A stretch of 64,000 nucleotides of DNA from an uncultured delta proteobacterium (GCA_963833025.1 CAWHWI010000003.1:618338-682337); one strand, 5' to 3'; counted from the first letter of the stretch, positions 19,454 through 29,878 are shown. Numbers and translations are program-made. Notes: generated by a model from the sequence alone, not told the origin.

Positions 19454-20347
19454 CTACATACGAGGCTGGCTTAGATCTACCAGCAGCGTGTTCTTGAGCC
19501 GATCGAACAGTTCGTCGACGTTCCACGGGCCGTTGTTGTAGAGAACCTTGTCGGGCGCGATGTGCCGATAGCGCATGATGCGAAAGCCCGACGCACCGAA
19601 GACCTGGCCGGTGACGTTCGCGGCGTCGTCGCTGGCGAGGAAAACCACAATCGGCGCGACGTTGGCCGGATCGCGCGGCGTGCCCTCGACCTTGTCCGAC
19701 TGCGGGAGGCCGGTTGCGCCGGGCATCCTGCCCGCGGGAATCGTGTCGGTCATTCGCGTCGACGCACCCGGCATGATCGCGTTGACCGTGATTCCATACT
19801 TGTGCAGCGAGTTCGCGCTCGAGTACGTCAGTCCCAGGATTCCCGCCTTGGCCGCGGCGTAGTTGGGTTGGCCGGGACTGCCGAGCGCCGAGTTCGACGA
19901 GAAGTTGATAATCCTGCCGTACTTGCGCTCGCGCATGTGCGCCGATGCGGGTTTGATCGTGCAGTAGTGCCCCTTCAGGTGCACGCGGATCACGTCGTCC
20001 CATTCCTGTTCGGACATGTTGAAGATCATGCGGTCGCGCAGGATGCCGGCGACGTTGACCAGGATATCGAGCTTGCCGAATTCCTTGATCGCCTGGTTGA
20101 CGAGACCCTCGCCGCCTTCGACAGTGGCGATATCCATGTGATTGGAGACGGCGTTGCCGCGCGCGGCCTTTATTTCTTTGACGACGTCGTCAGCAGGCGA
20201 TTGAGTTTCCTTCTGGCCCGCGACTGTGACGCCAAGATCGTTGACGACCACGGCGCATCCCTGCGCGGCGAATGCCCTCGCGATGCCGCGGCCGATGCCG
20301 CGACCGCCGCCGGTGATGGCGGCTACTTTTCCGTCGAGCTTGCCCAT
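19454..20347 (-). CDS. SDR family oxidoreductase
   Basis: TGGGRGIGRGIA Rossmann motif, YxxxK active site. Confidence 0.83.
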   Translation of the reverse strand: MGKLDGKVAAITGGGRGIGRGIARAFAAQGCAVVVNDLGVTVAGQKETQSPADDVVKEIKAARGNAVSNHMDIATVEGGEGLVNQAIKEFGKLDILVNVAGILRDRMIFNMSEQEWDDVIRVHLKGHYCTIKPASAHMRERKYGRIINFSSNSALGSPGQPNYAAAKAGILGLTYSSANSLHKYGITVNAIMPGASTRMTDTIPAGRMPGATGLPQSDKVEGTPRDPANVAPIVVFLASDDAANVTGQVFGASGFRIMRYRHIAPDKVLYNNGPWNVDELFDRLKNTLLVDLSQPRM

Positions 20348-20488
20348 CGGTCAATTCTCCCTTGCGGCATAATGCCGGAATCCAAACGCGCACAGCGTTT
20401 TGGTTCGTGTGTTAAAGCGCTTATACCGCAAAACTTGGCGAACGGAACAGACGCGCCACCACTCCTGTGATGCCGCTTCTCGGCGCGC

Positions 20489-21541
20489 TCACCTGTCCAC
20501 GTGCTCCGTGTAAGGACTGGAAAAGACGAATTCCGTGACGTCGCCCGCGGTCGTGATTCGCCCCACCTTGCCGTTGGGCTCGGTGAACCAGAGGTTGCCG
20601 TCGGGGCCGGCCGTGATGAAAGTTGCCATCGACTTTGCGGGCATCGGGAACGCCGTGAAGTCGCCGCCGGGAGTCAGGCGATAGATCAGTTGCGCGCGAA
20701 TCACAGTGATCCAGAGATTTTTGTCGGCGCCCGCCGCGATTCCGAGAGGCACTCCTGTCGTGGGCAGCGCGAACTCCGTGATGAAACCGTCGGGTGTGAT
20801 CCTGCCAATTTTGCTGGCCTGCGGCTGGGTGAACCACACGTTACCGTCGGCGCCTAGCGCCATCATCGCGGGGCGGCTGTCGGGCAGCAGGATTGCGAAT
20901 TCCTTGACGTTCCCCGAGATGGTGACGCGCGCGATACGATTAACCTTGTCTTCGGCGAACCACAGATTGCCGTCGCTGCCACCGACTATTTCGGCGGGAC
21001 CCGTCCCCTTGAGCAGCTCGATCTCGGTCAGAGTGCCGGTGGTGCTGAGGCGTCCGATGCGATTGCCGGAATGCTCGGTGAACCACAAATTGCCGTCGCG
21101 ACCCGAAGTGATTCCCGCCGGTCCGCTGTCCGAATGAGGCAATTTGACGTACGCGATTTTTCCGTCGGGAGCGACGCGGCCGATGCGGTTGCCGAGCGTA
21201 TCGGTGAACCACACTGCGCCGTCGGGGCCGGCGGTGATTCGCTCGGCGAATCCGTCGGGATCGATCCGAAAACGCTTGGTGGCGCCGTACGGAGTCATCT
21301 GTCCTATCGCGTCGCCCTGGTACTCGGTGAACCACAGGTTGCCGTCGAGGCCCGCCGTGATTGCGTACGGCGCATGCGTGCCGACGGGCGCTCCGGTCGG
21401 CGTCGGCTGCGCGCTCGGAACGGCCGCGGCGCTGATGTTCCCCGAGGGCGACGGTCGCTTCGCGGCGCATCCCGCTACGATCGCGAGCGCGGCGGCAAAA
21501 ATCGTGACCGTCAGTGCGCGGCTGATCGAGGGATTGCTCAA
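20489..21541 (-). CDS. Vgb (streptogramin lyase)-like beta-propeller lipoprotein; likely TTG start at 21541 overlapping upstream stop (TTGA)
   Basis: Signal peptide with lipobox AIVAGC and repeated DGNLWFTE propeller motifs. Confidence 0.68.
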   Translation of the reverse strand: MSNPSISRALTVTIFAAALAIVAGCAAKRPSPSGNISAAAVPSAQPTPTGAPVGTHAPYAITAGLDGNLWFTEYQGDAIGQMTPYGATKRFRIDPDGFAERITAGPDGAVWFTDTLGNRIGRVAPDGKIAYVKLPHSDSGPAGITSGRDGNLWFTEHSGNRIGRLSTTGTLTEIELLKGTGPAEIVGGSDGNLWFAEDKVNRIARVTISGNVKEFAILLPDSRPAMMALGADGNVWFTQPQASKIGRITPDGFITEFALPTTGVPLGIAAGADKNLWITVIRAQLIYRLTPGGDFTAFPMPAKSMATFITAGPDGNLWFTEPNGKVGRITTAGDVTEFVFSSPYTEHVDR

Positions 21542-22725
21542 TTGACGATCCGATTGGCTCTCAACTCGGAAATCTCGCCCGCGCCGAATCCGAACTCGCC
21601 GAGAATTTCGTCGGTGTGCTGTCCCAGGTCGGGCGCATGGCGCCATAACTCCGGCTCGGTGCGCGAAAATCGCGCGGGCGATCGCACGGCGCGGACGCGT
21701 CCCGCCCGTGGATGCTCGTATTCGAAAAACGTTTCATTCGCGACGAACTGCGGATCGTTCCAGATCGAGTCGTAGTCGTTGACCGGCCCGCATGGAACGT
21801 CGGCGGCCTCGATCCGCTCGAGCCAATACGCAGAGGGCTGAGTCGGGAACAGCGTGATCAGGCTCTTGATCGATCGCCTCACTCGGTCCGGCCGCGGCTC
21901 GTCGCCTTCGAACCATTCCGGATGCCCAACCGCCTTGAGAATCGCCGTCCAATGCTTGTCGGTCAGCGGTGCAATCGTAATGAAGCCGTCCGCCGTCTGA
22001 AACGGCTCGAGCGTGTTCATCGACGGTGGCACGCCGGCGTCGTGCGGAAGATAAGTGTGGCGCGACGCCGTGTCGGGCATCAGGTAGTAGGCGACGGCGT
22101 CGATCATCGCGATCTTGAGATGCTGTCCTTTGCCACTGCGCTGCGACTCGGTCAGCGCCGCGAGTATCGAAATTGCTGCCGTCATGGCAGTGACCTTGTC
22201 GCCGAGAATATTCTTGACGGCGCGCGGCCGGCCCTGCGTGCGCTGCGAGGTCATCACTCCCGCCATCCCCTGGATAATCGGATCGTAAGCGGGCTTGTTG
22301 ACCGACGGCCCCGAAAAACCGTAGCCGGCGATCGAGCAATAGACAATTTTCGGATTGCGCGCCGCGACCGCCTCGTAGCCGACGCCCAGCCGATCGACAA
22401 CTCCGGGCCGTACGTTCTGCACGACGACGTCGGCCCGCTCAGCCATCTTGAGAAAGACCTCAGCGGCGCCCGGCTGCTTGAGGTCGAGCATCATCGCGCG
22501 CTTGTTGCGATTCCAGTTCAGGATGCTCACCGTGACGCCGCCACGCTCGCGCCCGGTCAGCATCCGCGACACGTCGCCGTCGGGCGGCTCGATTTTTATT
22601 ACGTCGGCGCCGAGGTCACCGAGCATCATGGTGCAGAACGGTCCCGACACCACCATGCTCAAATCAAGTACGCGGATTCCTTCCAGCGGTCCCATCGATG
22701 CCTCCGGGAAAATTGCTCCAAGCAC
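21538..22725 (-). CDS. CoA transferase family III (CaiB/BaiF)
   Basis: GIRVLDLSMVVSGPFCTMMLGDLGADVIKIEPP signature. Confidence 0.85.
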   Translation of the reverse strand: MLGAIFPEASMGPLEGIRVLDLSMVVSGPFCTMMLGDLGADVIKIEPPDGDVSRMLTGRERGGVTVSILNWNRNKRAMMLDLKQPGAAEVFLKMAERADVVVQNVRPGVVDRLGVGYEAVAARNPKIVYCSIAGYGFSGPSVNKPAYDPIIQGMAGVMTSQRTQGRPRAVKNILGDKVTAMTAAISILAALTESQRSGKGQHLKIAMIDAVAYYLMPDTASRHTYLPHDAGVPPSMNTLEPFQTADGFITIAPLTDKHWTAILKAVGHPEWFEGDEPRPDRVRRSIKSLITLFPTQPSAYWLERIEAADVPCGPVNDYDSIWNDPQFVANETFFEYEHPRAGRVRAVRSPARFSRTEPELWRHAPDLGQHTDEILGEFGFGAGEISELRANRIVN

Positions 22726-22802
22726 TGCCGATCAAACGGCGCAGCCAGTGTTGCTTATAGTTCAACCCTCATTCGACTCACAACGACCTGACGTTTTCCC
22801 CC

Positions 22803-22912
22803 TCTAACTTTTAACAGGGACGAAGTCCCGCATCTTCTCTTAATACTGGGTGCAGGGGTCACCCCTGCCGAAGGAAGCGTGAAACCCACCGCGGGTTTCA
22901 CATCTAATTACG
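22803..22912 (+). repeat. multi-hairpin intergenic repeat element, copy 2 (B-C-D)
   Basis: ttttaacagggacgaagtcccgcatc...gcaggggtcacccctgccgaaggaagcgtgaaacccaccgcgggtttcac. Confidence 0.85.
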
Positions 22913-24449
22913 TGAACCGCCCACTCTTGACTGCGATTTCGCGCAGCTTCACGACGCGCGATTGTATCGCGCGGCTCCGGCGCATCCGCTCCAGCGTCAG
23001 CGGTATCCGATACGTCCAGTTCGAATCGCTGATCGTTCCCGGCCGATTGATTCGCGCACTCCATCCGAACAAATCCTGAATCGGAATGATCACCAGCTGC
23101 GACGGCGCCGCATACAGCATGGCCAGGATTGCATCGCGCGCCGATTCCTCGAGCATCCGGCGCGGATTCACTTTGCCCTCGAGCCCGAGCTCGCGCACGA
23201 ACTTCTCGCGCTCTGCGATAGGCTGCGAATGCCACCAAACGGTCAGAGGTTCAGTGTCATGCGTGCCGGTAGTCGCGAGCGAAAGTTCGGGATAGGTCGA
23301 CGGGCCGAGAAATGGTTCGTCGGCGTGGCCCCAGTCGCGCTCCCACTGCATCACCTTATATCCCGGCACGCCCAGCCGCGTGAGCGATTGGCGCACCCAC
23401 GGCGGCACGGTGCCGAGGTCTTCCGCGATCAGCTCGGTCGCCCCGACCTCCTGCTTGATAGTGCGAATCACTTCTTCGCCCTGGCGCAGTTGATCGACTT
23501 CGTCTATCGGCGTGAAAATTCCCGGCGCGTCCAGTTCGGAGCCGAAATTGAAAGTTCGATAAAGCCCAACGACGTGATCGATTCGAAGCAAATCGTAAAG
23601 CGCGCTGGCATGACGCGCACGCGCGCGCAGCACCTTGAATCCCTCCGCGCGCATCTGAGACCAGTTCGGCAGCGGCAGGCCCCATCGCTGTCCCTTGGGA
23701 TTGAAACCGTCGGGGGGAGCGCCCACGGTGCGCGACAAATCGAACTCGCCCTGGTTTGCCCACACCTCGGCGCTGTCGCTGCACGGCGAGAACGCGAGAT
23801 CTCCGCCGATAAACGCGCCGTGCGACGATGCGTACGCGCGCATCTCCGACCACTGCCGATGCGCGACGAACTGCCAGTGGCAGTACATCTCGATCGCGTC
23901 GGCCAGATCGCGGCGCGCGAGCGCGAGCGCGGCGGAATCGCGCTTCGCAATTTCAGCCGGCCACGTTTCCCAGCTGGTCCAGTTGAAGCGCTCCTTGAGC
24001 GCGCGAAACAGCGCATAGTCATGAAGCCAGTACGAGTTGGCCTCGATGAAGGCGTCGAGCTGCGCGCCGTCATCGCGTCCGCCGCGCGCGCGAGTCGCCC
24101 GGTACGCGCGCTCGAGCAACACAAACTTCTCCCGCCGTGTGATCGCGCGCGGCACAAAGCGCGCCTTCCCGACCGCCTGGCGTGCGCGCGCCTGCACGAC
24201 CCGCCCGACTCCCGGCAGCCCGCTTACCGATATGTACATCGGATCGATCGCCATCACGCTCATCGCGCTGTACGGGCTGAGATCGTCAGGCCCCGTCTCG
24301 TCCAACGGCAGCAGCTGAATCACGCGATGACCCATCGACAGCGCGAAGTCGATCATCGGCGCGAGACTGAGGATTTCGCCGCGTCCGAGATCGTCGCGCG
24401 TGCGAATCGAGAACAGTGGAATCAGGATTCCCGCGGACCGCGTCAGCAT
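22908..24449 (-). CDS. malQ: 4-alpha-glucanotransferase (amylomaltase, GH77)
   Basis: MLTRSAGILIPLFSIRTRDDLGRGEI...GDLAFSP...IIPIQDLFGW GH77 motifs. Confidence 0.9.
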   Translation of the reverse strand: MLTRSAGILIPLFSIRTRDDLGRGEILSLAPMIDFALSMGHRVIQLLPLDETGPDDLSPYSAMSVMAIDPMYISVSGLPGVGRVVQARARQAVGKARFVPRAITRREKFVLLERAYRATRARGGRDDGAQLDAFIEANSYWLHDYALFRALKERFNWTSWETWPAEIAKRDSAALALARRDLADAIEMYCHWQFVAHRQWSEMRAYASSHGAFIGGDLAFSPCSDSAEVWANQGEFDLSRTVGAPPDGFNPKGQRWGLPLPNWSQMRAEGFKVLRARARHASALYDLLRIDHVVGLYRTFNFGSELDAPGIFTPIDEVDQLRQGEEVIRTIKQEVGATELIAEDLGTVPPWVRQSLTRLGVPGYKVMQWERDWGHADEPFLGPSTYPELSLATTGTHDTEPLTVWWHSQPIAEREKFVRELGLEGKVNPRRMLEESARDAILAMLYAAPSQLVIIPIQDLFGWSARINRPGTISDSNWTYRIPLTLERMRRSRAIQSRVVKLREIAVKSGRFT

Positions 24450-24483
24450 CGTGGCAACTTATGCGGTCCGCAGTACCCGCGGT

Positions 24484-25242
24484 TCAAATCACGTAGCCGC
24501 CGTTGGGACTGAGCACCTGGCCAACCATGAACTTGGAGTCCTCGCAGGCCAGGAAAAGCGCCGCGGCCGCGATGTCGCGCGGCTCGCCGAACCGCCCAAT
24601 CGGCGTGATCGCTTCAATCTGCTTCCGCATCTCGCTGTCGACGATCGACGTCATCGGCGTGTCGATGAATCCCGGCGCGATGCAGTTGACCAGGATCCCC
24701 AGCGGCACCACTTCGCGCGCGACCGACTTGGTGAACGCGATGATCCCGCCCTTCGCCGCGCAGTAGTCCGACGCGAACGCCAGCCCCGTGGTCCCGGCGA
24801 TCGATCCCATATTAATGATGCGTCCCGACTGCTTCGGAATCATCACTTTCAGCGCCTCGCGCGTGCAGTAGAACGTCGAGTCAAGATGCGTCGCGAGCAT
24901 CTTGCGCCAGTCCTCGTCGGTCTTTTCGTGAGTGGGAGTCGCCACGCTCGTCTCGCGGCTGCGTGCGATACCCGCGTTGTTGATCAGTATGTCGATAGTG
25001 CCGAACGCCGCGATAAACTCCGCGAACATCTTGCCGACGGCCGCGCTGCTCGATACGTCCGCGACGAACGGCCGCGCCATCCCGCCCGCGCGCTCGATTT
25101 CCGTCACGACATTTTGCGCCGACTCGGGCCTGATGTCGTTGACGCCGATTTTCGCGCCTTCGCGCGCGAACGTCAGTCCCATCTCGCGCCCGAGTCCCGA
25201 GCCGCCGCCGGTGATCAGTACAACTTTGTCCTTGAGCTTCAT
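24484..25242 (-). CDS. SDR family oxidoreductase (3-oxoacyl-ACP reductase-like)
   Basis: MKLKDKVVLITGGGSGLGRE, NNAG motif, YxxxK. Confidence 0.83.
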   Translation of the reverse strand: MKLKDKVVLITGGGSGLGREMGLTFAREGAKIGVNDIRPESAQNVVTEIERAGGMARPFVADVSSSAAVGKMFAEFIAAFGTIDILINNAGIARSRETSVATPTHEKTDEDWRKMLATHLDSTFYCTREALKVMIPKQSGRIINMGSIAGTTGLAFASDYCAAKGGIIAFTKSVAREVVPLGILVNCIAPGFIDTPMTSIVDSEMRKQIEAITPIGRFGEPRDIAAAALFLACEDSKFMVGQVLSPNGGYVI

Positions 25243-25250
25243 CGCCGCCA

Positions 25251-25589
25251 CTACTTCTTGCCTTCCTTGAGTTGCCGCTTCCAGTCCAGCCGCCGCGCCT
25301 CGGCGCCGGCCGCCTCAGCTTCTGGCACCATGCCCTTCTTCTGATAAAACATGCTGAGGTTGGTGTACGCCAGGATGTCTTCCGGCTCCTGCGCGATATA
25401 TTTTTTCGTCAGCTCGATCGCCGCGTCGAGATCGCCCTTGGCCTGGTAGCACATCGTCATTCCGTGGATCGCATCGACGTACTTCGGATCGATCTCGAGC
25501 GCTTTTTTGTAGAGTTCGATCGCTTCGTCGAACTTGTCGTCGGCGTATGCGTCGATCGCTTCGTCGTATAGTTCTTCTTTGTCGGGCAT
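25251..25589 (-). CDS. tetratricopeptide repeat protein
   Basis: TPR-like repeats AIELYKKALEIDPKYVDA.... Confidence 0.65.
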   Translation of the reverse strand: MPDKEELYDEAIDAYADDKFDEAIELYKKALEIDPKYVDAIHGMTMCYQAKGDLDAAIELTKKYIAQEPEDILAYTNLSMFYQKKGMVPEAEAAGAEARRLDWKRQLKEGKK

Positions 25590-25658
25590 CCCGGACCTCC
25601 GCTGGATGCGCGCCGCATATCGCGCACACCCACCCTCTTATATACTAGACTCTGCGCT

Positions 25659-25976
25659 ATGGAGAATTCGCCCGCACCGACCGAAGCCGACGTTTACGAA
25701 GTGCTGCGCGAGTGCTACGACCCCGAGATTCCCGTCAATCTCGTCGACCTCGGACTCATCTACGGCGTCGCGATCGACAACCGCGTCGTCAACGTCACGA
25801 TGACGCTCACCGCGCCGGGCTGCCAGATGGGCATGTCGATCACGCAGGACATCCAGGACAAGCTGCTCGGCATCCCCGGCTGCGACGACGCCTGCGTCGA
25901 AATCGTGTGGGATCCGCCATGGACGCCGCACATGATGAGCGACGCCGCAAAAAAACAACTAAAGATCGACGACTAG
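25659..25976 (+). CDS. Fe-S cluster assembly protein (DUF59/MIP18 family, SufT-like)
   Basis: EVLRECYDPEIPVNLVDLGLIY...TAPGCQMG DUF59 signature. Confidence 0.8.
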   Translation: MENSPAPTEADVYEVLRECYDPEIPVNLVDLGLIYGVAIDNRVVNVTMTLTAPGCQMGMSITQDIQDKLLGIPGCDDACVEIVWDPPWTPHMMSDAAKKQLKIDD

Positions 25977-26212
25977 TCTTCCGCTACGATTCGCAGATCG
26001 GCAGTCACCGGCAATTCAAACAAGTCGCCGCGTAAGAGCCGCGTCGAGAAGAACAAACCCTCGACGTTCTCGATTTCGCGCGATTCAGGATTGAGCCGCA
26101 CCACGACTTCGTCGGGTGACTCCTCCGACTCCTGCGCCGGATATGGATCGCGCTTGTTGATGTACAAGATGTCGGCATCGCGGTCGTATTTGAAACTTAA
26201 CTTCGCTTCCAT
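25973..26212 (-). CDS. DUF2283 domain protein
   Basis: KYDRDADILYI motif. Confidence 0.6.
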   Translation of the reverse strand: MEAKLSFKYDRDADILYINKRDPYPAQESEESPDEVVVRLNPESREIENVEGLFFSTRLLRGDLFELPVTADLRIVAED

Positions 26213-26240
26213 TCGACATCTCCTAGTTGCCGCTCGCCTT

Positions 26241-27854
26241 TCAATCCGGATCGATCAGCACGCCCGGATTAAGAATCCCGCGCGGATCGAGCGCTCGCTT
26301 CGCGGCCTTCAGCGCCAGCGCGAATCCATCTGGACGTTGACGATCGTACCACGGCCGATGATGTCGCCCGACCGCATGATGATGCGTGATCGTGCCGCCC
26401 AGCTTTATGAGCCTGTCCGACACCGCAGCCTTTATCTCATCCCATTGCTCGATCTCGGAGCCGCGCTTCCCCGGCGCGAGGATCGTGTAGTACGGCGCCG
26501 GCCCGTCGGGATAAACGTGCGTGAATCGGCACGTCACCGTGCCCTTGCCGCATACTCGCGCGATCGCCTCGCGCGCGCACTCCATCATCTGGCGATGGAA
26601 TTCCGGGAATCGCTCCCACGTGATCGACGTCTCGAACGTGTCGCTCACCATTCCCATCGCGGCCACCGTGTCCATCAGGTACGGCGCGTTCAGAAACGCG
26701 TTGCGCCACGCGCCCGCCGATCCCTCGTGCGTCGCCTCGGCGTCGGTGCGAGTCTTCGCCGCATCGGCCGGAATTTTTCCGCCATGATCGGCGCAGCACT
26801 CCAGCGCCCGCTTCATCCACGGCTCCAGCGGATGGTCCGCGGACTCGAATGCGAGCACCAGCACGGCCTCGTCGCCGTTACCCGCGCCGGAGTTGAACGC
26901 CTCGCCTTCGTCGAGCACGCGGCAGTTCGCCGGATAGATTCCCGCCTGCGAAATCTGTCGCACCGCGTCCGCCGCCTTGAAAATACTCGGAAACGGCACC
27001 GACGCGCCCGCGCGAAACGTCGGCCGATCCTGAAGCCGCATCCACGCCTCGGTGATGATGCCGAGAATTCCCTCGGAGCCGATGAACATCCGATCCGGGC
27101 TCGGACCCGCGCCCGAGCCGGGCAAGCGGCGCGACTCGACGATTCCCGCCGGCGTCACGACACGCAGCGATTCGACGAAGTCGTCGATATGCGTGTAGAG
27201 CGTCGCGAAATGCCCGCCAGAGCGTGTCGCGATCCATCCGCCGAGGGTAGAGAACTCGAACGACTGCGGAAAATGCCGAATCGTCAGGCCATGCGGCTTC
27301 AACTGCGCGTCGAGCGCCGGACCGTACACCCCGGCCTGGATTCGCGCTGCGCGCGAGACCTTGTCGACCTCGACGACCTTGCCCAAGTGCATCAGATCGA
27401 TCGACACCGCGCCGCGATAGCGGTCGCCTGCGGGCGGCTCTACGCCACCGACGACGCTCAAGCCGCCGCCATATGGCATTGCCGCAATATTCGCGCCGTC
27501 GCACCATTCGAGCACGCGGATCAACTCTTTCTCATCGCGCGGAAATGCGACGACGTCGATCGGATTCGGGTAGTCGCGCCGGAACGCGCGCCTTATATCG
27601 CGCGAGCCCTTGCCGTACGTATGTCCCGCTCGCTCGTGCGTGGCCGTCGAGCAAATCCCCTCGAGCGCCGACGGCGGCTTGACGCGCGGCGCGCGCAGAT
27701 TCAGCTCGCTTTCCTTCGGCGGCGGCGTGAGCTCGAGCGGCCCGAGCCCGAATCGCTTGGCCATTCGCTCGGCCATATGCTTTTGCTGTTCGGGAGTCGG
27801 CCCCTGGTCCTCGTAGCCCCATCCCCAGAACTTTCGCTTGCGATTCTCGGCCAT
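26241..27854 (-). CDS. FAD-linked oxidase (alkyldihydroxyacetonephosphate synthase-like)
   Basis: N-terminal KFWGWGYEDQ motif and FAD-binding PCMH domain features. Confidence 0.78.
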   Translation of the reverse strand: MAENRKRKFWGWGYEDQGPTPEQQKHMAERMAKRFGLGPLELTPPPKESELNLRAPRVKPPSALEGICSTATHERAGHTYGKGSRDIRRAFRRDYPNPIDVVAFPRDEKELIRVLEWCDGANIAAMPYGGGLSVVGGVEPPAGDRYRGAVSIDLMHLGKVVEVDKVSRAARIQAGVYGPALDAQLKPHGLTIRHFPQSFEFSTLGGWIATRSGGHFATLYTHIDDFVESLRVVTPAGIVESRRLPGSGAGPSPDRMFIGSEGILGIITEAWMRLQDRPTFRAGASVPFPSIFKAADAVRQISQAGIYPANCRVLDEGEAFNSGAGNGDEAVLVLAFESADHPLEPWMKRALECCADHGGKIPADAAKTRTDAEATHEGSAGAWRNAFLNAPYLMDTVAAMGMVSDTFETSITWERFPEFHRQMMECAREAIARVCGKGTVTCRFTHVYPDGPAPYYTILAPGKRGSEIEQWDEIKAAVSDRLIKLGGTITHHHAVGRHHRPWYDRQRPDGFALALKAAKRALDPRGILNPGVLIDPD

Positions 27855-27997
27855 CGGATTGGTCCTCGCGATACTCGACGTTGCTGACAGCCGCGATTCT
27901 GCGCCCGCCGCGCCCGCGGGGGCAACCGCATCGTTCTCGCTTGCGCGCGAGTTGGCGTCGTCGTATCAGTCGAATATCTTCGCCGAGGTAGACCATC

Positions 27998-28885
27998 ATG
28001 AGCGATATCGACACGACAATTTCCGCGGCGGATCCACATCCGCGCAAAAAACTCGAGCTCATCAACACCTGGATTTCGTATGCCGACACCGGCGCCGGGG
28101 ATCCGATCGTGTTTCTCCACGGCAACCCGACCTCGTCGTACTTGTGGCGCAACATAATCCCGCACCTCGCGCCGCATGCGCGATGCGTCGCGCCTGATCT
28201 CATCGGGATGGGCGCGTCCGGGCGGTCTGCGACCGGCGCGTATCGCTTCGAGGATCATTCGCGGCACCTCGACGCCTTCTTCGAGGGCCTCAATCTCAAG
28301 CGCAACGTCACGCTCGTCGTGCACGACTGGGGCTCCGCGCTGGGCTTTCACTGGGCCGCGCGCCATCCCGAGTCCGTCAAGGGAATCGCTTACATGGAGG
28401 CGCTCGTCAGGCCGCTGCAATGGTCGGAATGGTCGAATGCCGCCGTCAACGTCTTCAAGGCGCTTCGCAGTCCGGCCGGTGACGACATGATTTTGAAAAA
28501 TAATTTTTTCGTCGAGGTCATCCTGCCGCGCAGCGTCATCCGCAAGCTCAGCGATGAGGAAATGAGCGCGTACCGAAAACCTTTCCTGCAGCCTGGCGAG
28601 TCGCGGCGCCCGACGCTCACCTGGCCGCGCGAAATACCGCTCGAAGGCGAGCCCGCCGACGTCGTCGCGATCGCCGACCGCTATTCGCGATGGCTCGAAA
28701 AAAGCGCGATACCGAAGTTGTTCGTCAACGCCGACCCCGGCGCCATCCTGACCGGCGCTCAGCGCGAGTACTGCCGCAGATGGCCGAATCAGCGCGAGGT
28801 GACGGTCAAGGGCATCCACTTCATCCAGGAAGATTCGCCCCACGAGATCGGACGCGCGCTCGCCGATTGGTACAAATCGATCTGA
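27998..28885 (+). CDS. haloalkane dehalogenase-like alpha/beta hydrolase
   Basis: HGNPTSSYLWRN and VVHDWGS motifs of haloalkane dehalogenase subfamily II. Confidence 0.83.
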   Translation: MSDIDTTISAADPHPRKKLELINTWISYADTGAGDPIVFLHGNPTSSYLWRNIIPHLAPHARCVAPDLIGMGASGRSATGAYRFEDHSRHLDAFFEGLNLKRNVTLVVHDWGSALGFHWAARHPESVKGIAYMEALVRPLQWSEWSNAAVNVFKALRSPAGDDMILKNNFFVEVILPRSVIRKLSDEEMSAYRKPFLQPGESRRPTLTWPREIPLEGEPADVVAIADRYSRWLEKSAIPKLFVNADPGAILTGAQREYCRRWPNQREVTVKGIHFIQEDSPHEIGRALADWYKSI

Positions 28886-28904
28886 AAAAAATAGTTGCGG
28901 GCCA

Positions 28905-28958
28905 CCACTTGACATGCGCCGTGACCGGATGTATTTAACCTGTAGGTTATTTAACTGA
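28905..28958 (+). promoter_or_regulatory. putative sigma70-type promoter with overlapping palindromic and direct-repeat operator candidate for the ArsR-family regulator
   Basis: TTGACA (28909-28914), a 17-nt spacer, then TATTTA. Palindrome TAACCTGTAGGTTA (28936-28949) follows. tatttaac occurs twice (28932, 28948). Confidence 0.4.
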
Positions 28959-29339
28959 ATGGTTCAGCAGCACACATCGTCCGAGCACCTCAACGCGACT
29001 TTCTCGGCGCTCGCCGATCCCACTCGCCGCGCGATCCTCGCTCGCCTCGCGTCGGGCGAGACTTCCGTGTCCGAGCTGGCCGAGCCCTTCGAGATGAGCA
29101 TGCCCGCCATCTCCAAGCACCTGAAGGTGCTGCAGCGCGCGGGCCTGATCGAACGCGGCCGCGAGGCGCAATGGCGTCCGTGCCGGCTCGCCGCCGGTCC
29201 GCTCAAGGACGCCTCGGACTGGCTCGATCGCTATCGCCGTTTCTGGGAGGAGAGCTTCGATCGCCTCGAGGATTATCTGCGCGAGCTGCAGAAGCGCGAA
29301 TCACAAAAGAAGGAGACCAAAAATGGCCGCAAAAAGTAG
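28959..29339 (+). CDS. ArsR/SmtB family transcriptional regulator
   Basis: FSALADPTRRAILARLASGETSVSELAE...SMPAISKHLKVLQRAGLI wHTH. Confidence 0.85.
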   Translation: MVQQHTSSEHLNATFSALADPTRRAILARLASGETSVSELAEPFEMSMPAISKHLKVLQRAGLIERGREAQWRPCRLAAGPLKDASDWLDRYRRFWEESFDRLEDYLRELQKRESQKKETKNGRKK

Positions 29340-29844
29340 CGCCGCCGCTCAATCCGACTCGCGCGAGCTGGTCGTCACCCGCGTCCTCGACGCGCCGCGC
29401 GCCCTGGTGTGGAAAGCACTCACCGAGCCCGAGCGCCTCGAGCACTGGTGGGGGCCGAAGGGCTTCACTTCAAAGGTCCACAAGCTCGAGCTGCGCCCCG
29501 GCGGCATCTTCCTCTACAGCCAACGCACGCCTGACGGCCGCGAGATGTGGGGCAAATGGGTCTATCGCGAAATCGTCGCGCCCGAGCGGCTGGTGAGCGT
29601 CTCTTCCTTCACCGATGAGAAGGGTAATTCGATCCCGCATCCTTTGATCCCGAACTGGCCGCTGGAGATTCTGGGCGTGTCCACGTTCACCGAGCGTCAG
29701 GGCAAGACCACGATGGTCGTGCGGATGGTCCCGGTAAACGCGACCGAGTCGGAGCGCAAGACTTTCGAAGAACACCTCAATTGGATGGAAGAGGGTTTTG
29801 CCGGAACTCTCGAAAAGCTCGACAAATACCTGGCGTCACTCTGA
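29323..29844 (+). CDS. SRPBCC/AHSA1 (Aha1-like) domain protein, paralog 1
   Basis: RVLDAPRALVWKALTEPERLEHWWGPKGF signature. Confidence 0.8.
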   Translation: MAAKSSAAAQSDSRELVVTRVLDAPRALVWKALTEPERLEHWWGPKGFTSKVHKLELRPGGIFLYSQRTPDGREMWGKWVYREIVAPERLVSVSSFTDEKGNSIPHPLIPNWPLEILGVSTFTERQGKTTMVVRMVPVNATESERKTFEEHLNWMEEGFAGTLEKLDKYLASL

Positions 29845-29878
29845 GGCATCATCACCAACAGGCTGAAGGAGAGCAGCT

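Noticed and set aside
22962-24512. 516-aa plus-strand ORF
   Set aside because: Antisense to malQ (clear GH77 homology on the minus strand); composition-driven.
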